From assembly GCA_963788205.1 (NCBI GenBank), contig CAWBGG010000003.1, positions 21,083 to 85,082 of the forward strand: DNA of 64,000 nucleotides. The letters run 5' to 3'. This document shows, one piece after another, positions 18,891-29,777 of the stretch. Under the pieces are notes generated by a model that was not told the origin of the DNA, did not search any database, and saw only the letters and a list, made by a program, of their open reading frames with translations. Source of the DNA: an uncultured delta proteobacterium (GTDB lineage Bacteria; Desulfobacterota; Binatia; Binatales; Binataceae). A program made the translations under genes and the position numbers. Positions within the stretch are counted from its first letter, which is position 1. Every line of letters begins with the position of its first letter.

Positions 18891-20615
18891 ATGGCTACAG
18901 CGCGCAAGAGCTTCGAATCGATCCTGCTCGACCGCTCATGGATTTCCCAACAGGATCTCGACAAGGCCCGCCAGCGCAAGAAGCCCGGCCAGGAAATCGC
19001 CGACGTACTGGTCGAGATGGGCGCGTTGGAGCCGCAGCGCCTCGCGCGCGCTCTGGCCCAGGAATATCATTTTCCTTTCCAGGCCCATATCGACGAGCAC
19101 GCGCTGGACTCGGAACTGCTGCTCAAAGTTCCGATCAACTACGCCAAGAAGAACAAGCTGCTGCCGATCGAGAGCGGCGAGGATTCGGTGACCGTGGCGG
19201 TCGCCGATCCCGCCAATTACGAGCCGCTTGACGACCTGCGCCTGGTGTTCGGCAAGCAGATCAATCCGATCGTTGCGCCCGCCGAAGTCATCAGCGAGGC
19301 GATCAACCGCGCCTACGATCGCGCCTCGACCACTACGGCGCATGACCTGATGGTCGATCTCGAAGACGTCGGCCTCGACCGGGTCGCGAGCGAGCTCGCT
19401 TCGGAGCCGCTGGACCTGCTCGAGTCCGAAGACGCCGCACCGATCATAAAGCTGGTCAATGGTTTGCTCTCGCAGGCGGTCAAGGACCGCGCCAGCGACA
19501 TCCATATCGAGCCGTTCGAGACCGAGTTGATGGTGCGCTTCCGCGTGGACGGGATGCTCTACGACGTGCTGTCGCCCGCCAAGCGTTTTCAACCCGCGAT
19601 CATCTCGCGTACCAAGGTAATGTCAGGACTCAACATCGCGGAGAAGCGGCTGCCGCAGGACGGCCGGATTCGGCTCCGGATCGCCGGTCGTGATATCAAC
19701 GTCCGCGTCTCGGTGATTCCGACCGCCTTCGGCGAACGGATCGTGCTGCGCCTGCTCGACCGCGCGCAGGCGCTGGTCGATCTCAACCTCGACAAGCTGG
19801 GCTTTGTGGGCGATAACCTGCGCAAGCTCGACCGCCTGATCCGCCAGAGCCACGGTATCATCCTGGTTACGGGGCCGACCGGTTCAGGCAAAAGCACCAC
19901 GCTCTACGCCTCGCTCAGCCGGATCAATTCGCCCGAGAAGAACATCATCACCATTGAGGACCCGATCGAATACCAGTTGCGCGGCATCGGCCAGATGCAG
20001 GTCAATCCCAAGATCGATCTGACCTTCGCCAACGGCCTGCGATCGATCCTGCGCCAGGATCCCGACGTGATAATGGTCGGCGAGATCCGCGACGGCGAAA
20101 CCGCCGAGATCGCAATTCAATCGGCGCTCACCGGACATCTGGTCTTCTCCACCATCCATACCAATGACTCCTTTGGCGCGTTGACCCGCCTGGTCGAGAT
20201 GGGTATCGAGCCGTTTTTGGTCTCGTCGTCGATCTTGGCCGTGGTGGCGCAGCGGCTGGTGCGCACGCTCTGCCCGACCTGTCGCGAGCGCTACACGCCG
20301 CCGCCGGGAGAGCTTAGCCGCGTGGGGCTCAGGTCTGAGGACATCGCCACGCGGCAGGTGTTCCGCGCTGCCGCCAAGGGTTGCAAGAACTGCCGCTCGA
20401 CCGGCTATCGCGGACGCACGGCGATCAACGAATTGATGATGATGGACGACGATATTCGCGGCCTGGTGATGAAGAATGCCGACGCCGCGACGATCCGCCG
20501 CGCCTGCACCAGCCGGGGAATGAAGCTGCTGCGCGAAAACGGCACAGAACGCGTGCTGGCAGGCGAAACAACGTTTGAAGAACTGCTCCGCGTCACCCAG
20601 GAAGACATTTTGTAG
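18891..20615 (+). CDS. gspE: Type II secretion ATPase
   Basis: ASDIHIEP, GPTGSGKST, LRQDPDVIMVGEIRD, tetracysteine motif. Confidence 0.95.
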   Translation: MATARKSFESILLDRSWISQQDLDKARQRKKPGQEIADVLVEMGALEPQRLARALAQEYHFPFQAHIDEHALDSELLLKVPINYAKKNKLLPIESGEDSVTVAVADPANYEPLDDLRLVFGKQINPIVAPAEVISEAINRAYDRASTTTAHDLMVDLEDVGLDRVASELASEPLDLLESEDAAPIIKLVNGLLSQAVKDRASDIHIEPFETELMVRFRVDGMLYDVLSPAKRFQPAIISRTKVMSGLNIAEKRLPQDGRIRLRIAGRDINVRVSVIPTAFGERIVLRLLDRAQALVDLNLDKLGFVGDNLRKLDRLIRQSHGIILVTGPTGSGKSTTLYASLSRINSPEKNIITIEDPIEYQLRGIGQMQVNPKIDLTFANGLRSILRQDPDVIMVGEIRDGETAEIAIQSALTGHLVFSTIHTNDSFGALTRLVEMGIEPFLVSSSILAVVAQRLVRTLCPTCRERYTPPPGELSRVGLRSEDIATRQVFRAAAKGCKNCRSTGYRGRTAINELMMMDDDIRGLVMKNADAATIRRACTSRGMKLLRENGTERVLAGETTFEELLRVTQEDIL

Positions 20616-20751
20616 TCCCGGCTTCGGCCTTGCCGGAGCTATTTCCTCGATCAATTCAAGTGGTGTCGGAGGGGCTCGCCCCGTAGTATAATTTCTGTTT
20701 GCGCTCCGCTCGCGCGACGCTCGCGGCGCGCCAAGCCAGAGGACTTCGAAG

Positions 20752-21974
20752 ATGCCGGTATTTGCTTATCGCGGTCTGTCGAACGACGGCCGATCAGTCA
20801 ACGGCGTAGTCGATGCTGACAGCCCGCGCAACGCCCGCAGCAAGCTGCGCGGGATGGGCGTGTTTCCGACCGATCTGAACGAAGAAGCTGTTGCCCGCTC
20901 CAGGTCGATCCGCGAGCGGCTGCCGGCCTTTGGCCGCCGTATCACACCGGCCGAAATAACCATGATGACCCGCCAGCTAAGCGCCTTGCTCGGCGCGGGT
21001 GTGCAACTGGTCAACGCGCTGGGCACGCTCGCTGAGCAGTCCGGCCGCAACGCGATGCACAGGATGCTCTCGCAGGTGCGCGAGCGCGTGCGCGAAGGTA
21101 CCTCGCTCGCCGACGCGTTTGCGGCCCATGCCGGCGTGTTCTCCGATCTGTACGTCAGCATGGTGCGGGCCGGCGAGCAGGCTGCCGCGCTCGAAACCGT
21201 GCTCGACCGCCTGGCCGACTATGCCGAGGCGCAGGCGGAGTTCGTCGCCAAGGTAAAGGGCGCGCTGACCTATCCCGTGGTCCTGATGCTGGTTAGCGCC
21301 GCAATCATGGGCTTTCTGGTCGCCTATGTCGTGCCGCAGGTGGCGACGGTCTTTGAGCAGAGCAAGGCCGCCTTGCCGCTCGCCACTCAGTTCCTGATCC
21401 TGTTTTCAGCCTCTTCCTGACCGGCTACTGGTGGCTGCTCGCGCTGCTGCTGGCCGGGTTCGTGGCCGTAATCATATGGGCCTTCACGAATCCCAAGGGC
21501 CGCCGCATCTGGGACACCTGGATACTGCGGGTGCCGTACATCGGCCAGACCATCACGCTTACCATCTGCGCGCGCTTCGCGCGCACGCTGGGCACGTTGC
21601 TCGCCAGCGGCGTACTGCTGCTGCCGGCGCTCGACGCCGTGAAACTGGTCATCACCAACGGCCTGATGCGCGACGCGGTTGAGAAGTCCCGCAACGAAAT
21701 CCGCGAGGGTCATGGCATGGGCCAGACGCTCGCGGCCAGCAAGCTCTTCCCGCCGCTCCTGATCGAAATGATCCGGGTCGGTGAGCGCACCGGCGAGCTC
21801 GAGCCCTTGCTGGAGCGTGCCGCCGACGCCTACGAACGCGAGGTCGCCGCTTCGCTCAACCAGATGACGACCTTGCTCCAACCCATTATGACCATCGTGA
21901 TGGCGGGTGTTATCCTGTTCATGATGATGGCCGTGCTGATGCCGATTTTCCAGCTCAATCAGCTGGTCCAGTGA
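20752..21974 (+). CDS. gspF: T2SS inner-membrane platform protein, frameshift near 21410
   Basis: MPVFAYRG, SMVRAGE, ALTYP, EMIRVGERTG, MPIFQLNQLV. Confidence 0.9.
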
Positions 21975-21997
21975 GTCTGGTCCAGGAGGTACGCGTT

Positions 21998-22426
21998 ATG
22001 AAACGCAGGCGCAATACCGAAGAGGGTTTCACCCTCATCGAGATCATGGTCGTAATCCTGATTCTGGGCTTGCTGGCCACTATCGTTGTGCAGAGCCTGC
22101 GCGGGGCCACCGACAAGGCCAAGCGCACCAAGGCGATGGCCGATCTTCATGAGCTTCAGACCGCGCTGGACCGCTACTACCTGGACAGTGGGTTCTACCC
22201 GACCACCGATCAGGGTTTGCAGGCGCTGGTCTCGCCACCGTCGGGTGGCCGGGTTCCCGCCAACTACGAAGACGGCGGCTACATCCAGCGCGTGCCGGCA
22301 GATCCCTGGGGTAGTCAGTACTTCTACCAGAGTGACGGCAGCACCTATACGCTCAAGTCGTTTGGGGCCGACGGCGTCGAAGGTGGCGAGGGTAAGAACG
22401 CCGACATTGACGCGAGCCAGCAGTAG
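21998..22426 (+). CDS. gspG: T2SS major pseudopilin
   Basis: G|FTLIEIMVV, YPTTDQGLQAL, DPWG, SFGADG..GGEG.NADI; GGAGG RBS. Confidence 0.95.
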   Translation: MKRRRNTEEGFTLIEIMVVILILGLLATIVVQSLRGATDKAKRTKAMADLHELQTALDRYYLDSGFYPTTDQGLQALVSPPSGGRVPANYEDGGYIQRVPADPWGSQYFYQSDGSTYTLKSFGADGVEGGEGKNADIDASQQ

Positions 22427-22544
22427 CTGGGCCCCCTAAACGCGCAAAACCTAACGTGCAAAAACCTATCGTGAAAGACCCGTCGTGATCGACCGGATTG
22501 GCGTCTCTCTTTCGGCCCGCGCCCGCGCGCGGCTGGGCTGCGCT

Positions 22545-23072
22545 ATGCGCACCCCGCGCGGCTTCACGATCCTCGAGATCGCGATCGTCCTGTTCATCAT
22601 GGGGCTGGTCATCTCGATGGCCCTGCCGCGCTTTGCCGGGATCCGCTCAGCGCATCTCAGGAGCGAATCGCGCCGGCTCGGCCGCCGCGCCGCTTATCTC
22701 TACAGCCGGGCGATGTCCGACAAAGTCGTGCTGCGGCTGACCTTTGATATCGACACCGATTCCTATGCCGTATCGCGGCTGGATCCTTACTCTCCCAAGC
22801 CGGTGTTCGCGCCCGACACCGAGCCCGGCTTCAGACCGGTGATGCTGCCGGCGGGCGTGCGCCTGCGCGACGTGATCGTCGAGGGCACCGGCGCGGTGAC
22901 CCGCGGCACTGCCAACTGTTTCTTCTATCCCGAGGGTTACGTCAACGCGACCTACGTTCATCTGATCGACGACTCCGGCACCGTCTTCACGCTCAACTTC
23001 AATCCGCTTACCGGCCGGGTCGCGATCGCCGACTCGGACGTCGGCCCGTCGCCCACGATGGTATTGCGATGA
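22545..23072 (+). CDS. gspH: T2SS minor pseudopilin H
   Basis: G|FTILEIAIV, FYPEG, NPLTGRV; operon position. Confidence 0.85.
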   Translation: MRTPRGFTILEIAIVLFIMGLVISMALPRFAGIRSAHLRSESRRLGRRAAYLYSRAMSDKVVLRLTFDIDTDSYAVSRLDPYSPKPVFAPDTEPGFRPVMLPAGVRLRDVIVEGTGAVTRGTANCFFYPEGYVNATYVHLIDDSGTVFTLNFNPLTGRVAIADSDVGPSPTMVLR

Positions 23073-23474
23073 CGCGCGGCGCATTCTCGCCCGGCTTCAC
23101 CCTGATCGAGGTGATGATCTCGGTGGCGATCCTGTCGATCGCGCTGGTCGCGCTGCTCGCCCTCGATCACCAGGATTTGCAAAGCGTCATCCACGCCCAG
23201 GACATGTCGCGGGCCGCGGTGCTCTCGCAGGCGCTGATGACGCAGGTTGAGCTGGGAGGGTTTCCCCGACCTGGGGACCCGCAGCGGCAATTTCCAGCAG
23301 CTTTACCGGAACAAGTATCCGAATTTCAAATGGCGCCAGGTGGTTACCAAGTCGGGCGCATTTCCCGATGTACACAAGGTGACGATCACGGTCTTCTACG
23401 GGCCGAAATTCTCGGGCAGCTTCGATCTGGTCGAATTCCTGCACGACCCGAATTACCAGGAAACTCCGCAATAG
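23069..23474 (+). CDS. gspI: T2SS minor pseudopilin I, frameshift near 23260
   Basis: G|FTLIEVMIS; the second frame gives FKWRQVV...KVTITV. Confidence 0.8.
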
Positions 23475-23476
23475 CC

Positions 23477-24161
23477 ATGCCTGGACGCAGAAAAATGGCC
23501 GGCGCGAGCGGATTCACCCTCCTCGAGATGATGCTGGCGCTCGGGATTCTTGCGCTGGTCCTGGCGATGCTTGCTGAATCCTTCAACGTGGTCGCGCACG
23601 GCAAGATCCACGCGGAAGCGCGTATCGATGCGGCCCAGGCTGGCCGCACGATCCTGTGGCAGATGGGCCAGGAGATTAACGGTGCCGTCCGCGCCATCCC
23701 GAACACGCCCAACGCGCAGCCCAACATGCTCCTGATCGGCGCGGGCCACATGCACTCCGGCAGCGCGATCGACAGCCTTACTATCTCGACCCTCGGCGCC
23801 GGCCATCATCGCTCGGTATTCGGCTTCAGCACCGAGGAGCTGGTTACTTATTCAGCGCAGCCCCAATCCCGACCATCGTGGATGGTATCTGCTGACGCGC
23901 ACGCAGCAGAGCGCCCTGGAGCCGCCCGGGGGGAGTAACGCCGACCTCGGTGGTGCTGGCCGATAATCTGCTCGCGCTGCATATCCGCTACTTCGACGGG
24001 CAGATCTGGAATGAAGCTGGAACTCCCAGGACACGGCGAATTCAATCGCCCTGCCCGCGGCGATCTCGATCGATGTCGAGATGGCCAGCGCGATGGGACC
24101 GCCGATGGAGATGTCCACCCAGATCGCAGTCCCGATGTCGCCCCAGTTCTTTTTGCGATGA
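23477..24161 (+). CDS. gspJ: T2SS minor pseudopilin J, several frameshifts; end approximate
   Basis: G|FTLLEMMLAL; later VLADNLLALHIRYFDGQIW. Confidence 0.75.
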
Positions 24162-25136
24162 GAACCAAACGCAAAACCGAACGCGGCATCGCGCTACTCG
24201 CCACCCTGATGGGCATCACGCTGATGACCATCACGGTGATGGATCTGACTTCAACCGCGATGCTGGGTGCGCGGGCCGCCGCCAATCAGGCCAACGGGCC
24301 TGCGCGCCGCATACCTGGCGCGCTCCGGGGTCAATGTCGGATTGGCGCTGCTCGCCGAGCATTCGCGCCAGCAGGCCGACCAGAACGAACCCCCGGTCGA
24401 GGGGCTCAACCAGGAATGGTCGCTGCCCTATCCGGCGCTCCCGGTCGGCGGCGGCTTCGCCTCGGTATCAATCGTGGACGAAGAGCGTAAACTCAATATC
24501 AATTATCTGGTCAATCCTGACGGCAGCCAGAATGCGCAATTCGAGCCGGTTCTCGAACGGCTGTTCGTGACCCTCGGACTATCGATCGATATCATTCCGG
24601 CGATCATCAACTGGCTCGATCCCGATAGCATTCCCGACGGACCGACCGGCGCCGAGGCGGACTACTACATGCATCTCTTTCCGCCCTATGCCCCGCGCAA
24701 CGGCCCGATGCCGACGATCGGCGATCTCAGGATGATTCGCGGGATTGACGACCCCACCTTCATGAAATTGAGCCGCGTCCTGACGGTGTTCGCCGATCAG
24801 CCGCAGACCGGCGACCAGCAGTTGCCGAAGGTCAATATCAATACGGCGCCGCCCGAGGTGATCGTTTCGCTCGCGCCGGATTTGGCGGCCAGCCCCTCGC
24901 TGATGGACCAGTTTCTGGCGGCGCGCGCCGAGCAGCCGCTGGGGGCCGGCGGGGAGCAGTCCTCGGCCTTCACCCAATTCCTTGCCGGCTCGGCTGCCTC
25001 ATTCACCTACCGAAGTTCTTTGTTTACCATAGAGGGCCGGGGTTCTTATGCCGGGGCGCGCAAACTGGTCTTCGCGACGGTGCGTCATCAAAACGCCCCC
25101 GGTCCGTCGCAGCTTTTGCAATGGCGTGAGGATTAA
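24158..25136 (+). CDS. gspK: T2SS minor pseudopilin K, frameshift near 24298
   Basis: RG|IALLATL, DEERKLNIN, NWLDPD, GAEADYY, KVNINTAP. Confidence 0.88.
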
Positions 25137-25151
25137 AGGAGCCAGAGCCGG

Positions 25152-26615
25152 ATGGCGATGAGGGTGCTCGCTCTTGAGATAGCTGGAGAGCAGGTCCGCG
25201 CGGCCGTGGCCGAGCGCTCCTGGGACTCGTTCCGGCTGCTGGGGAACTTTGAAGATGCGCGCGCGGCCGGTGAGGCCGACGCGGTGCCGGCGGTTGCCTC
25301 GCGTGCTCGCCGCCGCCGGCAAACCCGATGTCGCAATCTCGGCGATTCCCGGCGAACTGGTAGCCCATCGCGTCTTGACCTTGCCCTTCAAGGACGCGCG
25401 CAAGCTCAAGCAGGTGGTTGGATTCGCGCTCGACATTGCCGTTGCCGATCGACGACGCGGTCGCCACCTTCATCCGAATCGGGCAGGACGAAGAGGGCAC
25501 GCAGGTCCTTGCGGCGGTCGTGCGCCAACGACCTGCAGGACCATCTCGCGTTGCTGGCGCGGGCCGGGCTCGATCCCAAAGTCGTAACGCCGGACCGCTG
25601 GCGCTGGCCAGGCTGCTGACTCGCGCTTCGACCGGTGAGCGCAACGGCGACGGCCCGAGCGCGCATCTGGTTTTGAACATCGATCAGGCACGCACGTCGC
25701 TGGTGCTGCTGGACCCCAGCGGCGCGCCGCGCGCGCTACGGACGCTGCCCGCCGGCTTGCAGCTCAACGGCCACGCCGGGCTGTCGGAGCACGACGCCTC
25801 GATCGTCAGCGCCGCGCGCCAGACGCTGTTGGCCCACGGCGCCGAGTTTGAAGCGCCCGACCTGCTGATCGCCGGTCCGGCCGCCGCGATGCCCGAGGTT
25901 AAGACCGAGATTGTCGGCGCACTCGCCGCGGTGCGCGACAGCCGCGTGCTCGACAGCCTGGGCGCTTCAGAAGGTTTCCCCGGCGACTGGTTGCGCTTCG
26001 GCACCTGTATCGCGATGCTGCTTGGCGAAGCGCCGGTGACTTCAATCGATCTGTTGAACTTCCGCCAGGACGAGTTCACTTTCCGCAGGCCGCACTTTCG
26101 ACGCCGCCCCGCTCTACACCTCGGCGTTGCTGGCGATCGGCGTCACGGTGCTGCTGGTGCTTCATGCGGCGCTATCGACTTTCGGCAGCATCCGCCACTT
26201 GCACGCCCTGGACCAGCAAATCGCGATAATCGCGGCTCCCGCGCTCGGCGCGCATCTCCGCCAACATTCGCGGCACGCTGCGTTCGGGAATTGCCGACAT
26301 GCGCGCCCAGTTGAAGCTGATGGGCGGTGGCAGCACGCCCAGTGCGCCGCTGAACGTCTTGTTCGCATTGTCGAGCGCGATTCCTCCGCGCCTGCCGCTT
26401 GAATTTTCCGACATCGAGATCGATGAGTCCTCGGTGAAGCTCGACGGCGAGGCCGATTCATTCGGCACTATCGACCAGGTCAAGAAGTCGCTGCCGCCCA
26501 GAGCCATCGCTTCGCCGATATCGAGGTCAACGACGCCAAAGTCACCGGCAATTCGGGCAAGGTTGATTTCCATTTGAGCGCCGCGATCGGCGAAACCCTG
26601 GTGCCGGAGAACTAA
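25152..26615 (+). CDS. gspL: T2SS protein L (PilM/PilN-like), multiple frameshifts
   Basis: Fragments RVLTLPFKD, LLNFRQDEF, LDGEADSFGTIDQVK; operon position. Confidence 0.72.
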
Positions 26616-26628
26616 CGGAGAACTAACG

Positions 26629-27297
26629 ATGGCGCGTGGAACAACCGAACGAGCCGAGCGTCTGGCGATTTCGATCCTGAAGCGTGTCGGTTCGTTTTAT
26701 GAACCGTACGCCGCTGGCGGATCCGGCCCTATTTTCAGCCCTACGTGGCCCGCGTGCGCACGCGCTATGAGCGCATGGAGCCGCGCGAGAAGGCCCTGGT
26801 CCAGATCGCGAGCGCGGTGGTGGCGGTGTTTGCGGCCTACAATCTGGTCTACGCGCCCTTTCAGAGCCTGCGCCAGGATCTGCGCGACCGGACCGAGACG
26901 CGCGAGCGCCAGGTCAACGAGGTCCGCCGCCTGGTGCAGCAATATCGGCAACTCGGCCTGGAAGTCGCTGCCGCCAAGAAGCGCACCGTCCAGCAGGGCC
27001 GCGACTTCTCCCTGTTTTCGGCGGTAGAGGGCAAGCTTACCGATACCGTAGGCGTCGCCAAAGTCAGCGTCGATCACGCCGGGCGAGGACAAGAAGATCT
27101 CCAAGGACCTGGTTCAGCACAACGTCGATATCTCGCTGGCGGGCGTGAGCCTGCCCGAAATAGTCAACACGCTGTACGGAATCGATACGCTTCCGGTTCC
27201 GGTGCTGATCTCCGATCTGCATATCAAGCGCGGCCAGTTGGTCACCAATGCCTTCGACGTGCAGATGACTTGCGTGGCGATTGGCAAGAATGGCTGA
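26629..27297 (+). CDS. gspM: T2SS protein M, frameshifted
   Basis: RYERMEPREKALV followed by a TM segment and coiled coil; operon position. Confidence 0.72.
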
Positions 27298-27306
27298 GCT
27301 GCAAGA

Positions 27307-28147
27307 ATGGCTGAGCTGTTAGAGCGCCTGCGTTCCAGCAAGCGGCTGCTCTACACGGTCTTTGGCTTCGTCCTGTTCCTGATGTTCCTGGTCGCCGATT
27401 TTCCCTACGGCGACATGGTCTCCTCGCTGCTCGCCCCCTCCGGCCTCAGGCTCGACTACCAGGACCAGCATCTGAACCTTCCCTTCGGAGCGCGCTTCGA
27501 CGACGTAACGTTGCGTTATGCAGAAGGCTCTGCCAGCGGATCGATGCTGGTCGAGAGCAGCAACGTGGCGGTTTCGCCGACTCTCGGATCGCTGCTCTTT
27601 GGGCGCCCCGGGCTACGGATGGTTGCGAATCTGCGCGACGGATGGCTGCGCGTGACGCTCAGCACGCGCGGCAGCGCCACCGCTGCCAGCTTCACTGCGC
27701 ATGAGGTCGGACTGGCCAGCTTCGGTACGCTAAGCCAGTTCGCGAAGGGCAGCCTGTCGGGCGAGGGATAGATCGAGCCTCGACGACGGCAAGCCGCTCG
27801 ACGGCAAGGGGATGGTCGAGTTGTCGGGCAAGGCGCTGGCGGTGCATTTCGGACCGGCGCTGCCGCCGATCGAGCTCGACCAGGCCAACGGCAAGCTCCG
27901 GATGGACAATGGCGTGGTGACGATCGAGAACCTGCAGGGGCACGGGCGCGACCTTTCGATTAGCGCGAGTGGAACGATTCAGCTCGCGCCCGAGCTTTTG
28001 CGCAGTATCGTGGACCTGAGCGTGACGCTCAACCCAACGCCGTCGGGCTCGCGGCGCTTCGGCGCATTGCTCGGCTTCCTGCCCCATCCGCCCGGCTCCC
28101 AGCCCTACACCGTACGCGGCCCGCTGGGGCTCCCGTCGATCAGCTGA
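27307..28147 (+). CDS. gspN: T2SS protein N (deltaproteobacterial type), frameshift near 27765
   Basis: FLVADFPY N-terminus; ...SGTIQL...VRGPLGLPSIS C-terminus. Confidence 0.75.
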
Positions 28148-28162
28148 ACCGGTGCGATCCGC

Positions 28163-28269
28163 CTGGTGCCGTTCCAACTATTCGCGCCTAAGCGGGGCGG
28201 TTTGGCTGAGTGAGCGGGGAAAGCACACGGCTCGCTATAATTCGGAACAACAAGTTGGAACGGCACTAG
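28163..28269. mobile_element. 107-bp MITE-like element with 17-bp terminal inverted repeats
   Basis: CTGGTGCCGTTCCAACT ... AGTTGGAACGGCACTAG (1 mismatch); internal TATAAT at 28236. Confidence 0.7.
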
Positions 28270-29033
28270 GCCGGGGCGGCGGCGAAAAAAGGCCCGACCG
28301 CCTCTTTGTAGAGTTTGTCGCCAGGCGCGTTCAGATGGTCGCGGCCTTCCAGCCGCACCAGCTCCGCGCCCGGAATAGCTCCGGCCAGAGGCTCCCCGCT
28401 TCCCACCAGCTCGTCCTTGGTCCCGACCACGATCATGACCGGTATCCGAATCGTGCCGATCGTTGCCGGATCGAGCGCCGGCAGATCGCCCGACATGCAG
28501 GCCGCCAGTGCCTTAAGGTCGTTGCGGTTCGCTTCGGCGAACTGGCGGAACTGGCGCGCTATCGGCTCGGCAACGTCCTCGGCGCGCTCGGCGAGCAGGG
28601 CCTTGGCGATCACTCCGCGCCGGCGCGGATCGGCCATCGAGTTCGCGCCGCCCGTTCCGCCTCCGATCCCGCCCAGCACCGCCGCGCGAATCCGGCCGGG
28701 ATACGAAAGTATGACGCCGAGCGAGATCCACGCGCCCATCGAATAACCCATCAGCAGCGCGCGGGGAACCTTGAGATGGTCGAGCAGCCGCACCACGTCG
28801 CCGGTCATATTTGCCTGGCCGTAGGCTTCCGGCTCATGCGGCTTGGCGCTCAGGCCGTGGCCACGGCAATCCATCGCGATCACCCGGTAATTCGGCGCCA
28901 GAAAATCGAGCCATCCGGTGAGCTCCCAGTTCTGCTTGAGGTTGGAGGCGAAGCCATGAACCAGCACCACCGGCGCTCCGCTTCCGCGCTCTTCGTAATG
29001 AATCGCGACTCCGTTTGAATCGAACGACGGCAT
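28266..29033 (-). CDS. Alpha/beta hydrolase
   Basis: LVHGF, DCRGHG, GYSMG nucleophile, D and H of the triad. Confidence 0.92.
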   Translation of the reverse strand: MPSFDSNGVAIHYEERGSGAPVVLVHGFASNLKQNWELTGWLDFLAPNYRVIAMDCRGHGLSAKPHEPEAYGQANMTGDVVRLLDHLKVPRALLMGYSMGAWISLGVILSYPGRIRAAVLGGIGGGTGGANSMADPRRRGVIAKALLAERAEDVAEPIARQFRQFAEANRNDLKALAACMSGDLPALDPATIGTIRIPVMIVVGTKDELVGSGEPLAGAIPGAELVRLEGRDHLNAPGDKLYKEAVGPFFAAAPA

Positions 29034-29141
29034 CTGGATCTCCTCCGCGCCGGTCTCGCGCTATGCTGTGCAGCCTTGCACGCGCTCGCCGGGACCTGAA
29101 CCCTGTTACCACGAGCCCCCAGCGCGCGGCCAGCGCCATCG

Positions 29142-29231
29142 CGGCAAGCTGGCTTGCAAAGCTGCGGCACCGCCGCTAACGCCGGCATGCACCGTCGCTG
29201 CGCATCGCGAGTTCGGGCCGCGCCGAGCGAT
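29142..29231 (+). repeat. Promoter-containing direct repeat, copy 1 (90 bp)
   Basis: 78/90 identical to 33805..33894. Confidence 0.9.
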
Positions 29232-29288
29232 GCGCTCGGGGGACCGCAGGCGAGTCACTGGCAGGCTCGATGTGCTTTAATCGCGGTC

Positions 29289-29777
29289 ATGGGCGCCACA
29301 CACACCTTGCGCGTGAACGACAAACGGTACGAGGTGGCTGTCGACTATGAAGACACGCCCCTGCTCTACGTTCTTCGCAACGATCTGGGCCTCAAGGGCA
29401 CGCGATTCGGATGCGGCGAGGGAAATTGCGGCGCTTGCACGGTGCTGATCGATGGCCGCGCCCAGCGCTCCTGCGAGCTGCCGGTCTGGTCCGTGGAAGG
29501 CAAGTCGATCATGACGATCGAAGGGCTCGGCGCGAGCGACCGGCTGCATCCACTGCAGCAGGCCTTCCTCGATTTCCAGGCCGGCCAGTGCGGCTACTGC
29601 CTCTCCGGGATCATCATGACGGCGGTAGAACTGATCCAAGCGGGCGGCGAACCGTCGCGGCAGAAGATTGTCGAGGCACTCGATCGCAATCTCTGCCGAT
29701 GCGGGGCTCACGCCCGAATCATCGGTGCGATAGAGGCGGCGTGGAAGAAGTCATGCGAGGAAACACACCGTGACTGA
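29289..29777 (+). CDS. (2Fe-2S) small subunit of a molybdenum hydroxylase
   Basis: GCGEGNCGAC...C, QCGYC, NLCRCG. Confidence 0.92.
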   Translation: MGATHTLRVNDKRYEVAVDYEDTPLLYVLRNDLGLKGTRFGCGEGNCGACTVLIDGRAQRSCELPVWSVEGKSIMTIEGLGASDRLHPLQQAFLDFQAGQCGYCLSGIIMTAVELIQAGGEPSRQKIVEALDRNLCRCGAHARIIGAIEAAWKKSCEETHRD

